64,000 nt of DNA. Origin: Spirochaetia bacterium. Its GTDB lineage: Bacteria; Spirochaetota; Spirochaetia; SZUA-6; Bin103. The stretch spans positions 256,001 to 320,000 of the forward strand of contig CBDBDQ010000005.1 in NCBI GenBank assembly GCA_965203905.1, in the 5' to 3' direction. This document shows, in pieces, positions 46,953 through 57,015 of this stretch. The position numbers and the translations under genes were made by a program. Each line of letters begins with the position of its first letter. Position 1 is the first letter of the stretch. The notes under the pieces are model-generated. The model worked only from the letters and a program-made list of their open reading frames with translations, ran no database searches and was not told where the DNA came from.

Positions 46953-47040
46953 TTCTCTTGGCCGACGCGGACGTGCCCATCGACTACCGCGATTCCGAAC
47001 TGGACGCGCTGACGCTGATCGGGGGGGGCACGTTAGTCGT
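46953..47040 (+). pseudogene. Remnant of the N-terminal part of a PIN-like gene
   Basis: LLADADVPIDYRDSELDALTLIG resembles the first strand/helix (hhhDxxhhhD) of PIN-like proteins encoded after XRE-ImmA genes; it breaks at the G8 tract 47021-47028. Confidence 0.5.
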
Positions 47041-47055
47041 GAGTGCGGGATGCTG

Positions 47056-47355
47056 CTATGAGGGCCGTCCGGTCCGCCACTCCCATGGCCGGAACTGGGT
47101 TTCCGCGAACACGTCCGCCTTGCCGTAGGGACTGTCAGCGAGGAACGCTCGCGCCGCCTCCAGGGAAGGCGCTGCGACGGTCAGGAGCAGGCCGACGATG
47201 GACTCCGAGTCATCAGACAGTGTCGGGCCGCCGTTGTGAACGACGACGCCGGGATGGTCGGGATGATTACGCAGATAGTCGATAAAGGCGTCCTGAAGCT
47301 CGCTGCCTGCCTGCACCCGTCCCGGCTTGTGAGTGACATAAACGACGATGTACAT
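47056..47355 (-). CDS. YciI-family protein
   Basis: 99 aa; GGPTLSDD...G.L..V.A.S.E.A..F.ADSPY. Confidence 0.8.
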   Translation of the reverse strand: MYIVVYVTHKPGRVQAGSELQDAFIDYLRNHPDHPGVVVHNGGPTLSDDSESIVGLLLTVAAPSLEAARAFLADSPYGKADVFAETQFRPWEWRTGRPS

Positions 47356-47409
47356 CGGAAACGACGCTACGCCGGAGCATCGTCTGCTGTCAATATCTGG
47401 ACAGGCAAT

Positions 47410-49194
47410 TCAGGGTCGCATCGACGCCGCTCGGGTGACGCTGCGGACGGTCCCGGGCCGCTCCACACGGACGGTCACGATGTCCGTATCGTGGTACTGC
47501 TGATGGTGGACCGAGGAGGACAGGTGACGTAGCAGCCGCAGCGAGACCTCCCGTTCGACCAGGGCTCCGGCGGCGGCCTCGCCCAGTAGCGCAATTCGGT
47601 CCTGGAGGTTCTCCTTGCCGGTCGCGGCCGCGAACTCCAGCACCGCTCCACCATCTTCGCCGCGTGCGGTGAGGAGCAGACGCCGCTTCCCGGTGTCCGC
47701 ACCAGGCTCGCGCTGTTGCTGGAGCGTCAGCAGCGCCTCTTCGCACACGGCATCGAGTCGCTCCGCCATCGCTGCATCCCAGCCTCTTCGCGACGCGAAT
47801 GCAGCGGTGAATTGCCGCAGCTCGTGCAGGGCCGAGGGATCGAGATCCACCTCTATCCGGCGACGCCGAGGCTTGGTCAGTTCCACGAACATGGTCATGA
47901 CGACCGCTACGATGCCGCCGGTCAGCATCCCGTTGCGCAACAGGGAGCCGGCAAATTCCGAGACCTGCCCGGCAAATACCGCGTCGCTGTGAAAGCCCAC
48001 GCCGACCCAGAACGAGACCCCGGCGATCATGCCTTTGCGATAGTCGATTCCATCCTGAATGATCACCCTCATGCCGACGATGAAGATTGTCGCCATGGTG
48101 ACGGTAACGAACGCCGCGATGACCGGCCCCGGTATCGCAAGGATCACGGCAAGCGCCCTGGGCACGAACGCCAGCGCGATCAGCGCCGCGCCGAGCGCGA
48201 GGCCGACCCGGCGCGAGCTGATCCCGGTGATCTCGACCATCGACGCACCATGCGGGCGGAAGCCGAGTGGCATCGCGCCCGCAAGGCCGGACAGCAGATT
48301 GCCCACTCCGTCGGCAGCCACGGCGCCCTGTACCGCCCGGAAGTCCACCGCCCGGCTCCCGGCCCACGATACGCGCTGGATCGCGACGGCGCCGCTGATG
48401 GTCTGAATCGTGCACACCAGGGCGATGAACACGAAGGCGGGCAGCAGGGTCCAGAACTCGGGCCCGAACTGCAGGTCCGGGGCCGACCATTCGGGCCTCG
48501 GAATACCGAACCACGAAGCGCGGACAATCCGCTCTACGTCATAGAGACCGAACACGCCCGCGACCATCGAGCCCGCGATCATTCCTATTACCGGCGCCCA
48601 CAGTCGCACCCGTCCCCTTGCCGTCAGGGTGATGCCGGCAATGACGGCCAGGGTCGTTACCGCGCTGAGCGGCGCGGCCAGCGCCGGCGTGCCGCCCGGC
48701 ACATTCTTCAGTTGGTCGAACATCACCGGCATGACCGTGACCGGCGTGAGCATGAGTACCGTCCCCGTGACGGTCGGTGTGAGGATGCGTCGGAACAGCG
48801 AGAGGCGCGTCGAGAACACGAACTGGACCAGGGAGACGATAACCACCATGGTTGCGAGCAACGCCGGGCCGCCGGCGGCGAGAGCGGCTATGCTGACCGC
48901 GATGGCGGCCCCGGATGTCCCGATCGCGAGGATGTAGCCGGCGCCGAAGCGGCCGATGCGCCGTGCCTGGAGCATCGTGGTCACCCCGCAGAACGCGACG
49001 GAGGCGAACACGGCCCACAGCAGCACGTTCTCGGACTGACCGGCCCCCCTGAACACCACCGTGGGAATCATCACGGCTCCGGGCAGTACCAGGCAGGCAA
49101 TCTGCAGGGCGAGGCCCACGCTGAGGGAAACCGGGATTCTGGCGTCGGGATGGCGGCGACCCGCGGAGCGCTGGTCGGATTCGTCGAGTCCCAC
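47410..49194 (-). CDS. NCS2 (xanthine/uracil/vitamin C) permease with C-terminal degenerate HATPase/RsbW-like domain
   Basis: LALQ, G..T.LQ...GRFGAG, TPTVTGTV, ADGVG..LSGL.G, TG.SSRRVG, L.NGM..G; soluble tail with W..AM.ERL..VCEE.LL and SLRLLR.L. Confidence 0.8.
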   Translation of the reverse strand: MGLDESDQRSAGRRHPDARIPVSLSVGLALQIACLVLPGAVMIPTVVFRGAGQSENVLLWAVFASVAFCGVTTMLQARRIGRFGAGYILAIGTSGAAIAVSIAALAAGGPALLATMVVIVSLVQFVFSTRLSLFRRILTPTVTGTVLMLTPVTVMPVMFDQLKNVPGGTPALAAPLSAVTTLAVIAGITLTARGRVRLWAPVIGMIAGSMVAGVFGLYDVERIVRASWFGIPRPEWSAPDLQFGPEFWTLLPAFVFIALVCTIQTISGAVAIQRVSWAGSRAVDFRAVQGAVAADGVGNLLSGLAGAMPLGFRPHGASMVEITGISSRRVGLALGAALIALAFVPRALAVILAIPGPVIAAFVTVTMATIFIVGMRVIIQDGIDYRKGMIAGVSFWVGVGFHSDAVFAGQVSEFAGSLLRNGMLTGGIVAVVMTMFVELTKPRRRRIEVDLDPSALHELRQFTAAFASRRGWDAAMAERLDAVCEEALLTLQQQREPGADTGKRRLLLTARGEDGGAVLEFAAATGKENLQDRIALLGEAAAGALVEREVSLRLLRHLSSSVHHQQYHDTDIVTVRVERPGTVRSVTRAASMRP

Positions 49195-49197
49195 GTC

Positions 49198-50514
49198 CTA
49201 CTCCAGGCCCGGCAGCCAGAGACAGATGCCGGGCAGCCACACGATGATCGCGAGGACCACGACCGCGCTCAGCACGAACGGCACGACGCCCTTGAATGAC
49301 TCGCCGAGCGGGGTCTTCCCGTCCAGGGCGTTGATCACGTAGACGTTGAGGCCGATCGGCGGGGTGATCAGGCCGATCTCGACCGCGATCACGGCCAGAA
49401 TGCCGAACCAGATGGCGATCTCCTCCTCGGTATAGCCGAAGCCGAGCCCGGTCACCAACGGAAACAGGGTCGGCACGGTCAACAGGATCATGGCCAGGCT
49501 GTCCATGACGCAGCCGAGGACCAGGTAGACGAGCACGATCCCGATCACGATCGAAATCGGCGCGAGGCCCGAGCCCGCCAGTGCGTCTGCCAATGCGGTG
49601 GTGACCTGGGACAGCGCCAGGAAGCTGTTGAATATCTCGGCGCTGATAAGGATGAGGAAGATCATCCCGGTGACCTGCGCGGTTTCGAGCAGGCTCGAGA
49701 CGAAGGCCGACCAACTCAGTCGGCGGGAGGCGAGCGCGACCAGCGCGGTCGCCGCAACCCCGATCGCCGCAGCCTCGGTCGGGGTGAAGACGCCGAAGTA
49801 GATTCCGCCGATGACCAACAGGAAGATGGCCGCCACCGGCCACCCCGCGGCCAGGCTGCGGATGCGTGCGGGGTACGGAAGCGCCGGAGCGGGCGGCCCC
49901 GAGTCGGGCCTGAGCCGGACATGGACCGCGATCGCGACCGCGTAGCCGAGGGTTGCGATGATCCCCGGAAGCAGCGCGGCCAGGAACAGCTTGCCGACCG
50001 ACTGTTCGGTGATGACCGCGTAGATCACCAGGATGATGGACGGTGGTATCAGGATGCCGAGCGTGCCACCGGCTGCCAGAGTGCCGGTGGCCAACGCTCC
50101 CGAGTAGCCGTGGCGTCTCATCTCGGGCAGCGCCACCGAGGCCATCGTCGCTCCGGTGGCGATCGAGGATCCGCATACGGAGCCGAACGCCGCACACCCG
50201 AGAACGGTGGAGACGGCGAGTCCGCCGCGGCGATGACCCACCCAGGCACGAGCAGAGTCGAACAGCGAGCGGCTGAGCCCGGAACGCGTCGCCAACTGGC
50301 CCATCAGAAGGAAGAGCGGCAGCACCGACAGGGTGTAGCTCGATACCCGGCCGAACGGTGCGGTGTTCAGCAGATTGAGGAACGCCGGCCATCCCGCCAG
50401 CGAGGCGAAGCCGAAGCCACCGACGACGAACATCGCCACCGCCACCGGCATCCTGAGTGCGATCAGCACCAGGCAGACCGCGAACAGGAGTCCGGCGAAC
50501 TCGATGCTCGTCAT
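49198..50514 (-). CDS. dctM: TRAP transporter large permease
   Basis: LPLFLLMG, GSSIATGATM...PEM...GY, GGTLGILIPPS, FTPTEAA, ITPPIGLNV. Confidence 0.93.
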   Translation of the reverse strand: MTSIEFAGLLFAVCLVLIALRMPVAVAMFVVGGFGFASLAGWPAFLNLLNTAPFGRVSSYTLSVLPLFLLMGQLATRSGLSRSLFDSARAWVGHRRGGLAVSTVLGCAAFGSVCGSSIATGATMASVALPEMRRHGYSGALATGTLAAGGTLGILIPPSIILVIYAVITEQSVGKLFLAALLPGIIATLGYAVAIAVHVRLRPDSGPPAPALPYPARIRSLAAGWPVAAIFLLVIGGIYFGVFTPTEAAAIGVAATALVALASRRLSWSAFVSSLLETAQVTGMIFLILISAEIFNSFLALSQVTTALADALAGSGLAPISIVIGIVLVYLVLGCVMDSLAMILLTVPTLFPLVTGLGFGYTEEEIAIWFGILAVIAVEIGLITPPIGLNVYVINALDGKTPLGESFKGVVPFVLSAVVVLAIIVWLPGICLWLPGLE

Positions 50515-51047
50515 CGCCGCAGGGCGCGAACGTGACGGCTGACCACCAGGACGCAGATCGCGGTCAGCAGTCCGGCTCCAAGCAGCGCCGGGAAGTAGGC
50601 CCAGTGGAGTGGAATGCCCAGGAACAGGGTGGTCTCGCCGTCCTGGAGCTTGTGCATGCCGCCGACGAACAGGCGCCAGGTGATCAGGCCGGCAACCAGC
50701 GTGAAGGCGAAATTGTGAACCGTGGCCAGCGCCGTCTTGTGCCGAGCACGCAATCTGCCGGTGAAGAACTCCACCACGATGTTGCCGCTCCTGGCGTGGC
50801 AGTGCGCGAAGAAGGCGAACACCGCGATGCCGCAGGCGAGCTCGGTGAGCTCGTAGTCGCCCGGGATCGGGGCGTTGAAGAGATAGCGCCCGAGGACACT
50901 GATCACGGTCATCAGCACGACTCCGATCATCAGCATGCCACCGGCAATCGCAACCATTCGGGCCAGCCGTTCCAAGTGGGCTCCGATGTGATGGTCTGGC
51001 AGATGTGGGTCCGGGCCGCGCGCGGTAGGCCTACCGGCGGAGGTCAT
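50511..51047 (-). CDS. dctQ: TRAP transporter small permease
   Basis: Four TM segments, V.GRY.FN.PI.G..EL, GNIVVEF; start uncertain. Confidence 0.88.
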   Translation of the reverse strand: MTSAGRPTARGPDPHLPDHHIGAHLERLARMVAIAGGMLMIGVVLMTVISVLGRYLFNAPIPGDYELTELACGIAVFAFFAHCHARSGNIVVEFFTGRLRARHKTALATVHNFAFTLVAGLITWRLFVGGMHKLQDGETTLFLGIPLHWAYFPALLGAGLLTAICVLVVSRHVRALRR

Positions 51048-52080
51048 CGCCGTATTCGGCGACCAGGCGCCTGGCATCGGCGAGCATCGCCTCCCCGTCA
51101 TGGCCCATGGCGTTGACCTGCTCGACCCAGCCGTCGGTCACCGGCTCGAGGGCGGTCCGCCAGCGCTCGCGCTCCGCTTCCGCCAGCGGAACTATCGAGT
51201 GGCCCTGCTCCAGCGCGATTGCCCGGCCGGGCTGCTCATCGTCCTGCCACAGGCGCCCCAGTCTTTGGGCCAGTTCTATTCCCGTCGTGTCGTCGATGAT
51301 CGTGCGGATCTCTGCCGGCAGTCCATCGTAGCGCGCCTTGTTCATGGTCATCAGGAACAGGGCGCAGGAGAAGGAAACCTCGGTGTGGTACCGGGTCACT
51401 TCATGCAGGCGAAAGGGCCGCATGATGGTCCAGGGGATCAATGCGCCTTCCACCACGCCCCGCGAGAGCGCCTCGTAGACCCTCGGGACGGGCATGCCGA
51501 TCGGCACGGCGCCAAGCGCTTCCAGCATCACGGCGCTGATTCGCGAGGGGGCTCGTATCGTCAACGCCTGCAGGTCTTCCAGCGTGCGGACCTGCCGGTC
51601 GGCGGTGTGGATGTGGCCGGGCGCTGCCGCATGAAACACCAAGGGATGGGTATCCCCGTACTCGTCCCGCAGCCACTTCCCGTAGAACTCGTGCAGCGCC
51701 TGACTGGTCGCCTCCGCGTCACCGCAGACGAAGGGCAGTTCGAACACCTCGGTCAGCGGGAATCTCCCCGCCGAGTAACCGGGGAGGGTCCAGACGATAT
51801 CGACCACGCCGTCGCGCGCCTGCCCGTAGAGATCCGCCGGCCTGCCGCCGAGCTGCATCGCCGGGAATACCTGCACCTCGACCCGGCCCTCGGTGCGCTC
51901 CTCGATCTCCTCGGCCCATGGTTGCAGAAACAACTGAACGGCGATCGACCTGGGCGAGTTGAACGTGTGCAGCCGAAGCGTGATTGGCTCCGCGCCTGCG
52001 TTGCTTGCGAACACGCAGAACAGCGCCGCAACGAAGGCGGGAAGCGGAACGTTGACGACGGCTCTGCGAATAACCCCCAT
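51031..52080 (-). CDS. dctP: TRAP transporter substrate-binding protein
   Basis: FP.MQLGG, ARDGVVDI.W..PGY..GRFP, DL..L.IR, ALGAVP..MP...YEAL.RGVV.G. Confidence 0.92.
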   Translation of the reverse strand: MGVIRRAVVNVPLPAFVAALFCVFASNAGAEPITLRLHTFNSPRSIAVQLFLQPWAEEIEERTEGRVEVQVFPAMQLGGRPADLYGQARDGVVDIVWTLPGYSAGRFPLTEVFELPFVCGDAEATSQALHEFYGKWLRDEYGDTHPLVFHAAAPGHIHTADRQVRTLEDLQALTIRAPSRISAVMLEALGAVPIGMPVPRVYEALSRGVVEGALIPWTIMRPFRLHEVTRYHTEVSFSCALFLMTMNKARYDGLPAEIRTIIDDTTGIELAQRLGRLWQDDEQPGRAIALEQGHSIVPLAEAERERWRTALEPVTDGWVEQVNAMGHDGEAMLADARRLVAEYGDDLRR

Positions 52081-52348
52081 CGGTTGCCTCGCTTGATCCT
52101 AACCGAGCGCTCTCAACGAGCTACTGAGCTATCCTGCGACGATCATCCAGCACATTCTCTGAACTGTACCGGGTTTACCGGACAGAGTGTCAATGGCAAT
52201 CGAGAAGTGCACCGGCGTCGTTGCCGATGCGGGCCAGGTCGGCGGGGGGACCGACTGCCCCGGCGCACAGCCGCAGGAAGCGCTGGAACGTAGGCAGATC
52301 CTCGACGTTGGGCAGTTTCGGGGCAGCGTTGCGCCTCGTCGACCACCG

Positions 52349-53818
52349 CTAGTAGGACTGCTGGTCGGGGTCGATCTCGTCGACCCAGGCGCTGATGCCG
52401 CCCTCCAGGTTGACCACGTCGCGGAAGCCGGCCTCCTGCATCTGGGCCACGGCGTTGGCGCTGCGGCCGCCCATCTTGCAGTGCACGACGTAGCTGGCCG
52501 CGGGATCGAGCTCGTCGAGGCGGTCGGGCAACTCGCCGAGCGGGATCAGCTCAGCTCCCTCGATGTGGTTGATGTCCGCCTCCCACGGCTCGCGTACGTC
52601 GATGAGCTGGAACCGCTCGCCGCGCTGGAGGCGCCCCTGCAGCTCGAATACGTCGATCTCGCGGATGCCGCCTTCGCCGTCGTCCGCCGCGCCGTTCCCC
52701 GCCGCGGCCTGCCCGCCGCTGCTGCCGTCGAATGCCGGCACGCCGCAGAACTGCTCGTAGTCGATCAGCTCGGTGACCGTCGGGTTTTCGCCGCACACCA
52801 CGCAGTTGGGGTTGCGGCGCAGCTTGAGTTGGCGGAAGCTCAGCTTCAGGGCGTCGTAGATCACCAGCCGTCCGGCAGCCACGTCGCCGATGCCGAGCAG
52901 CACCTTGATCACCTCGTTGGCCTGCAGCGCGCCGACCACGCCGGGCAGCACGCCCAGCACTCCGCCCTCGGCGCAGCTCGGCACCAGTCCGGGCGGCGGC
53001 GGCTCGCTGTAAAGGCAGCGGTAGCAGGGGCCGTCCTGGTAGTTGAACACCGAGATCTGGCCCTCGAAGCGGAAGATCGACCCGTACACGTTGGGCTTGC
53101 CGGTGAGCACGCAGGCGTCGTTCACCAGGTAGCGGGTCGGGAAGTTGTCGGTGCCGTCCGCAACTACGTCGTAGTTCCGGAACAGCTCCAGGGCGTTGGC
53201 CGAGGTCAGCGGCTCCTCGATCGGCTCGATGGTGATGGTGGGGTTGAGGTCGGCAAGGCGGTCCGTTGCCCGCTGCAGCTTCGACTCTCCCACCTGCGAG
53301 GTGCCGTACAGGATCTGGCGCTGCAAGTTGGTCTCGTCGATCTTGTCGAACTCGACGATGCCGATACGGCCGATGCCGGCCGCGGCCAGGTACAGGGCCA
53401 GCGGCGAGCCGAGGCCGCCGGCGCCGATCAGCAGCGCGGAGCTGGCCTTGAGCCGTTCCTGGCCTTCGACGCCCACATCGGGGATCAGGATGTGGCGGCT
53501 GTAGCGCGCCAGCTCGGCGGCGCTCAGGGAAGCCGCGCCGCTGCCGCCGGCGATGGAGGGTACGATGGAGATGGTGTCGCCGCTCTTTACGGCGGTATCC
53601 TCGCCGTCCTGGTAGCGAATGTCTTCCTCGTTCACGTAGACGTTGACGAAGTTGCGCAGCGAGCCGTCGGCGCCGAACAGGTGCTTGCCCAGCTCGCCGT
53701 TGGCGGCCGCCAGTTGGCGCAGCACCTCACCGACGGCCCCCTCGGTGTCGACGCTGACCGTGTCCTGGTTGTTCAGGAAAGGCCGCAAGGGCGTGGGAAT
53801 GTGAATGGTAATGGCCAT
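52349..53818 (-). CDS. MoaD/CysO-like ubiquitin domain fused to MoeB/MoeZ E1 adenylyltransferase and rhodanese
   Basis: IPTPLR...FVNVYVN.EDIR...GDTISIVPSIAGG (Ubl) + RYSRH, GAGGLGS, CYRC, PSCAEGGVLG, NCVVC (ThiF) + DVREPWE, HCKMGGRS (rhodanese). Confidence 0.92.
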   Translation of the reverse strand: MAITIHIPTPLRPFLNNQDTVSVDTEGAVGEVLRQLAAANGELGKHLFGADGSLRNFVNVYVNEEDIRYQDGEDTAVKSGDTISIVPSIAGGSGAASLSAAELARYSRHILIPDVGVEGQERLKASSALLIGAGGLGSPLALYLAAAGIGRIGIVEFDKIDETNLQRQILYGTSQVGESKLQRATDRLADLNPTITIEPIEEPLTSANALELFRNYDVVADGTDNFPTRYLVNDACVLTGKPNVYGSIFRFEGQISVFNYQDGPCYRCLYSEPPPPGLVPSCAEGGVLGVLPGVVGALQANEVIKVLLGIGDVAAGRLVIYDALKLSFRQLKLRRNPNCVVCGENPTVTELIDYEQFCGVPAFDGSSGGQAAAGNGAADDGEGGIREIDVFELQGRLQRGERFQLIDVREPWEADINHIEGAELIPLGELPDRLDELDPAASYVVHCKMGGRSANAVAQMQEAGFRDVVNLEGGISAWVDEIDPDQQSY

Positions 53819-53931
53819 GATCGTTACGATAATAATGCCGAACCGGAGCGGCGCCAAACACCGCAGCCCGCGCCCCCGCCCTCGCGGCACGCTGTGTGCA
53901 ACATCGCGCCACCCGACTATAATCCGGCGCC

Positions 53932-55101
53932 GTGAGCCCTGCCGAGTCGACCATCACATTGGGACTGGAGGAAGAGTTCTTCCTCGTGGACCCGGAATCG
54001 CGCGACCTGATTGCCGATCCCGACCCGGCTCTGTTCGAAGCCTGCGAGCGAGACAGCGGCCCGCACAAGGTGGTGCACGAGTTGCTGCGCACCCAGATCG
54101 AGACCAATACGCGGGTGTGCACGTCGGTGGCCGACCTGCGCACCGCCCTGCGCGAGACCCGGGCGCTGGTGATCGGCACGGCGGCGCGGTTCGGTGCCGC
54201 CGTGATGGGCGCCTCGACCCATCCCTTCGCCCAGTGGAGCGCCCAGGCATTTACCCCGAAGGAACGCTACGGGCGCCTCGCGATGAGGTTCCAGGAAGTG
54301 CTGCGCCGCTACCTGGTGGGCGGCATGCACGTCCACGTCGGCTTCGGCAATGCCGACTCGCGGGTTCGCGTGATGACCGCGCTGCGCCGCTACCTCCCGG
54401 TGCTGCACGCACTGTCCACCTCCTCCCCGTTCAACGGCGGCCGCGAGACCGGCTTCAAGTCCTACCGCCTGATGCTGATGGGCGCCATGCCGCGTACCAA
54501 TCTGCCGCCCCCGTTCCGCTCCCGCGCGGAATACGACCGCCTGGTCGCCGACTACCGGGCGCTGGAGTTCATCGACGACGGCAGCGAGCTGTGGTGGGAC
54601 ATGCGCCCGGCGGCGCGCTTTCCCACCGTGGAGATGCGGATCTGCGACATCTGTCCGCAGCTGGAGGACGCGTTGAGCATCGTGGCCCTGTTCGCCTGCC
54701 TGGTGCTCCGGCTGCTGCGCCAGGATGCGGATTCGGGACTGCCGCCGGAACCGCCGACCGAGCTGATCGCCGAGAACCGCTGGTACGCGTCGCGCTACGG
54801 CGTGGTGGCGTTCCTGGGCAACATGGACGCCGGTGGCCGCATCGACATCGACGAGTACGTCACCCGGCTCGTGGCCGACCTCGCGGAGGAAGCCTCCGTC
54901 CTGGGCTGCGAGCAGGAGCTGCAGGGAGCAGCGGAGATTATCCGCCGCGGCACCGGTGCCGACCGCCAGCTCGACCTGTTCCGACTGCGCCGGCACGAAG
55001 GCGACAGCGTCCCCGAGGCGCTGCGCGCCGTGGTGGACCTGGTCATCGCCGAAACCCGCGAGGGAGTGGACGCAGCGACCGCCGCGGAACCGGGCGCGTA
55101 G
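53932..55101 (+). CDS. Carboxylate-amine ligase (YbdK/GCS2, glutamate-cysteine ligase-like)
   Basis: TLGLEEEF, QIETNT, STHPF, GMHVHVG, ALS.SSPF, WWD.RP, TVEMRICD, ENRW.A.RYG. Confidence 0.92.
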   Translation: MSPAESTITLGLEEEFFLVDPESRDLIADPDPALFEACERDSGPHKVVHELLRTQIETNTRVCTSVADLRTALRETRALVIGTAARFGAAVMGASTHPFAQWSAQAFTPKERYGRLAMRFQEVLRRYLVGGMHVHVGFGNADSRVRVMTALRRYLPVLHALSTSSPFNGGRETGFKSYRLMLMGAMPRTNLPPPFRSRAEYDRLVADYRALEFIDDGSELWWDMRPAARFPTVEMRICDICPQLEDALSIVALFACLVLRLLRQDADSGLPPEPPTELIAENRWYASRYGVVAFLGNMDAGGRIDIDEYVTRLVADLAEEASVLGCEQELQGAAEIIRRGTGADRQLDLFRLRRHEGDSVPEALRAVVDLVIAETREGVDAATAAEPGA

Positions 55102-55242
55102 GCCTACACCAGCCGGTGCAGGAACGGCAGCGCCGGCTGAACAAGGACGGGCGGGCGGATCGGGCGGCAGTGTCGCGCCCGTCCAGGACGAGAACGAGGG
55201 TGGTGCGGTGAACGGGTGTCGGGTTATGTTGTGAGTGCATCC

Positions 55243-57015
55243 ATGGCCAGTGATCAGCCGCTCATCGTGCAGGGCGTGGACACGCTGCTGCTGGAGGTGG
55301 CCAGTCCCCGATTCGAGGAGGCGCGGTCGCAGCTCCTGGCGTTTGCGGAGTTGATCAAGGCGCCGGAGCACGTGCACACCTATCGCGTCACCGCGCTGTC
55401 GGTGTGGAACGCGCGTGCGGCCGGCGTCACCGTGGAGCAGATCGTCGCCACCCTGCGCGAGTTCAGCCGCTACCCGGTGCCCGCCGCGACGCTGGCGGAG
55501 ATCCGCTCCCACGCCGCCCGTTTCGGCAAGCTGCGGCTGCTGGCCGGGGATGACGGGCTGGTCCTGGAATCCAGCGATGACGAAGCGCTGGAGATTGCGC
55601 GGCGCCATCGCGAGGTGTCCAAGTGGCTCGGCGAACCGATCGGCCGGCGCGCGTTCCAGGTGGACGCCGAGAAGCGCGGCCTGCTCAAGCTGGCACTGGT
55701 GCGCGCCGGCTTGCCGCCCAACGACGAAGCCGGCTACGCCCGCGGCCTGCCGCTCAGCTTCTCCCTGCGCGAGCACACGCTGAGCGGGCAGCCGTTCGCG
55801 TTGCGCGACTACCAGGCAGACGCCGCGCGCGCCTTCGACGACGCTCGCCATACCGCTGGCGGCAGCGGCGTGATCGTGCTGCCGTGCGGCGCCGGCAAGA
55901 CGGTGGTCGGCCTGGCCTGCGCGCACGCCCTCCAGTGCACCACCCTGGTGCTCTGCACCAGCGTCACCGCGGCCCGGCAGTGGATCACCGAGACACTGGA
56001 CAAGACCACTCTGGATACGGAGCAGGTAGGCATTTACGCCGGTCCCGACCGCGCCTTGCGGCCGTTCACGGTGGCCACTTACCAGATGCTCACCTACCGC
56101 CGCCGGGCCGATGAGCCGATGACCAACCTGGAGGTGTTCGACCGCGGCAACTGGGGCCTGATCATCTACGACGAGGTGCACCTGCTGCCGGCGCCGGTGT
56201 TCCAGGTCACCGCGGCCCTGCAGGCGCGTCGACGGTTGGGGTTGACCGCGACCCTGGTGCGGGAGGATGGCCGTGAGGACGATGTATTCGCCCTGATCGG
56301 TCCCAAGAAGGCCGACGTCCCGTGGCGCGAGCTGGAGCAGCAGGGCTGGGTGGCCACCGCCCGTTGCACCGAGGTGCGCGTGCCGCTGCCACCGCAACGG
56401 CGCCTGAGCTACGCGGCGGCCGGCCCGCGCCGGCAGTTCCGCATGGCGGCGGAGAATCCGGCCAAGACCGCCCTGGTGCAGGCGCTGCTGGAGCAGCATC
56501 GCGACGACCTCATCCTGGTGATGGCGATGTACGTCGAGCAGATCAGGGAGCTGGCCGGCGCACTCGCCATCCCCGTGCTTACCGGCACCTCCTCCCAGAA
56601 GCGGCGAGACAAGCTGTTCGCCGCGTTTCGCAACGGTGAGATTCGGCGCTTGGCGGTGAGCAAGATCGGCAGCCTGGCGCTCGACCTGCCGGAGGCCAAC
56701 GTCGCCATCCAGCTCTCCGGCACCTTCGGCTCGCGCCAGGAGGAGGCGCAGCGCCTCGGCCGCATCCTGCGCCCCAAACAAGACGGCGGTCAGGCACACT
56801 TCTACTCGCTGGTCAGCGCCGCCACGGTGGAGCAGGAGTACGCGATGCACCGCCAGCGGTTTCTTTGCGAGCAGGGCTACGAGTACGCCATCGTCGACGC
56901 CGAAGCGCCCGCGGACGCGGCTGACGACAGTGGCGCCACGCAGGTTACCGCCGGAGCGGGCCACGAGCCCGTTTTGACACTGGTTCGTCCCGGCGGCGGC
57001 AGTCGGTCTCGGTGA
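55243..57015 (+). CDS. DNA repair helicase XPB (ERCC3/Rad25 family)
   Basis: PLIVQ, FAEL.KAPEH.HTY, LRDYQ, LPCGAGKT, DEVH, GLTAT..REDG, GSRQEEAQRLGRILR. Confidence 0.93.
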   Translation: MASDQPLIVQGVDTLLLEVASPRFEEARSQLLAFAELIKAPEHVHTYRVTALSVWNARAAGVTVEQIVATLREFSRYPVPAATLAEIRSHAARFGKLRLLAGDDGLVLESSDDEALEIARRHREVSKWLGEPIGRRAFQVDAEKRGLLKLALVRAGLPPNDEAGYARGLPLSFSLREHTLSGQPFALRDYQADAARAFDDARHTAGGSGVIVLPCGAGKTVVGLACAHALQCTTLVLCTSVTAARQWITETLDKTTLDTEQVGIYAGPDRALRPFTVATYQMLTYRRRADEPMTNLEVFDRGNWGLIIYDEVHLLPAPVFQVTAALQARRRLGLTATLVREDGREDDVFALIGPKKADVPWRELEQQGWVATARCTEVRVPLPPQRRLSYAAAGPRRQFRMAAENPAKTALVQALLEQHRDDLILVMAMYVEQIRELAGALAIPVLTGTSSQKRRDKLFAAFRNGEIRRLAVSKIGSLALDLPEANVAIQLSGTFGSRQEEAQRLGRILRPKQDGGQAHFYSLVSAATVEQEYAMHRQRFLCEQGYEYAIVDAEAPADAADDSGATQVTAGAGHEPVLTLVRPGGGSRSR

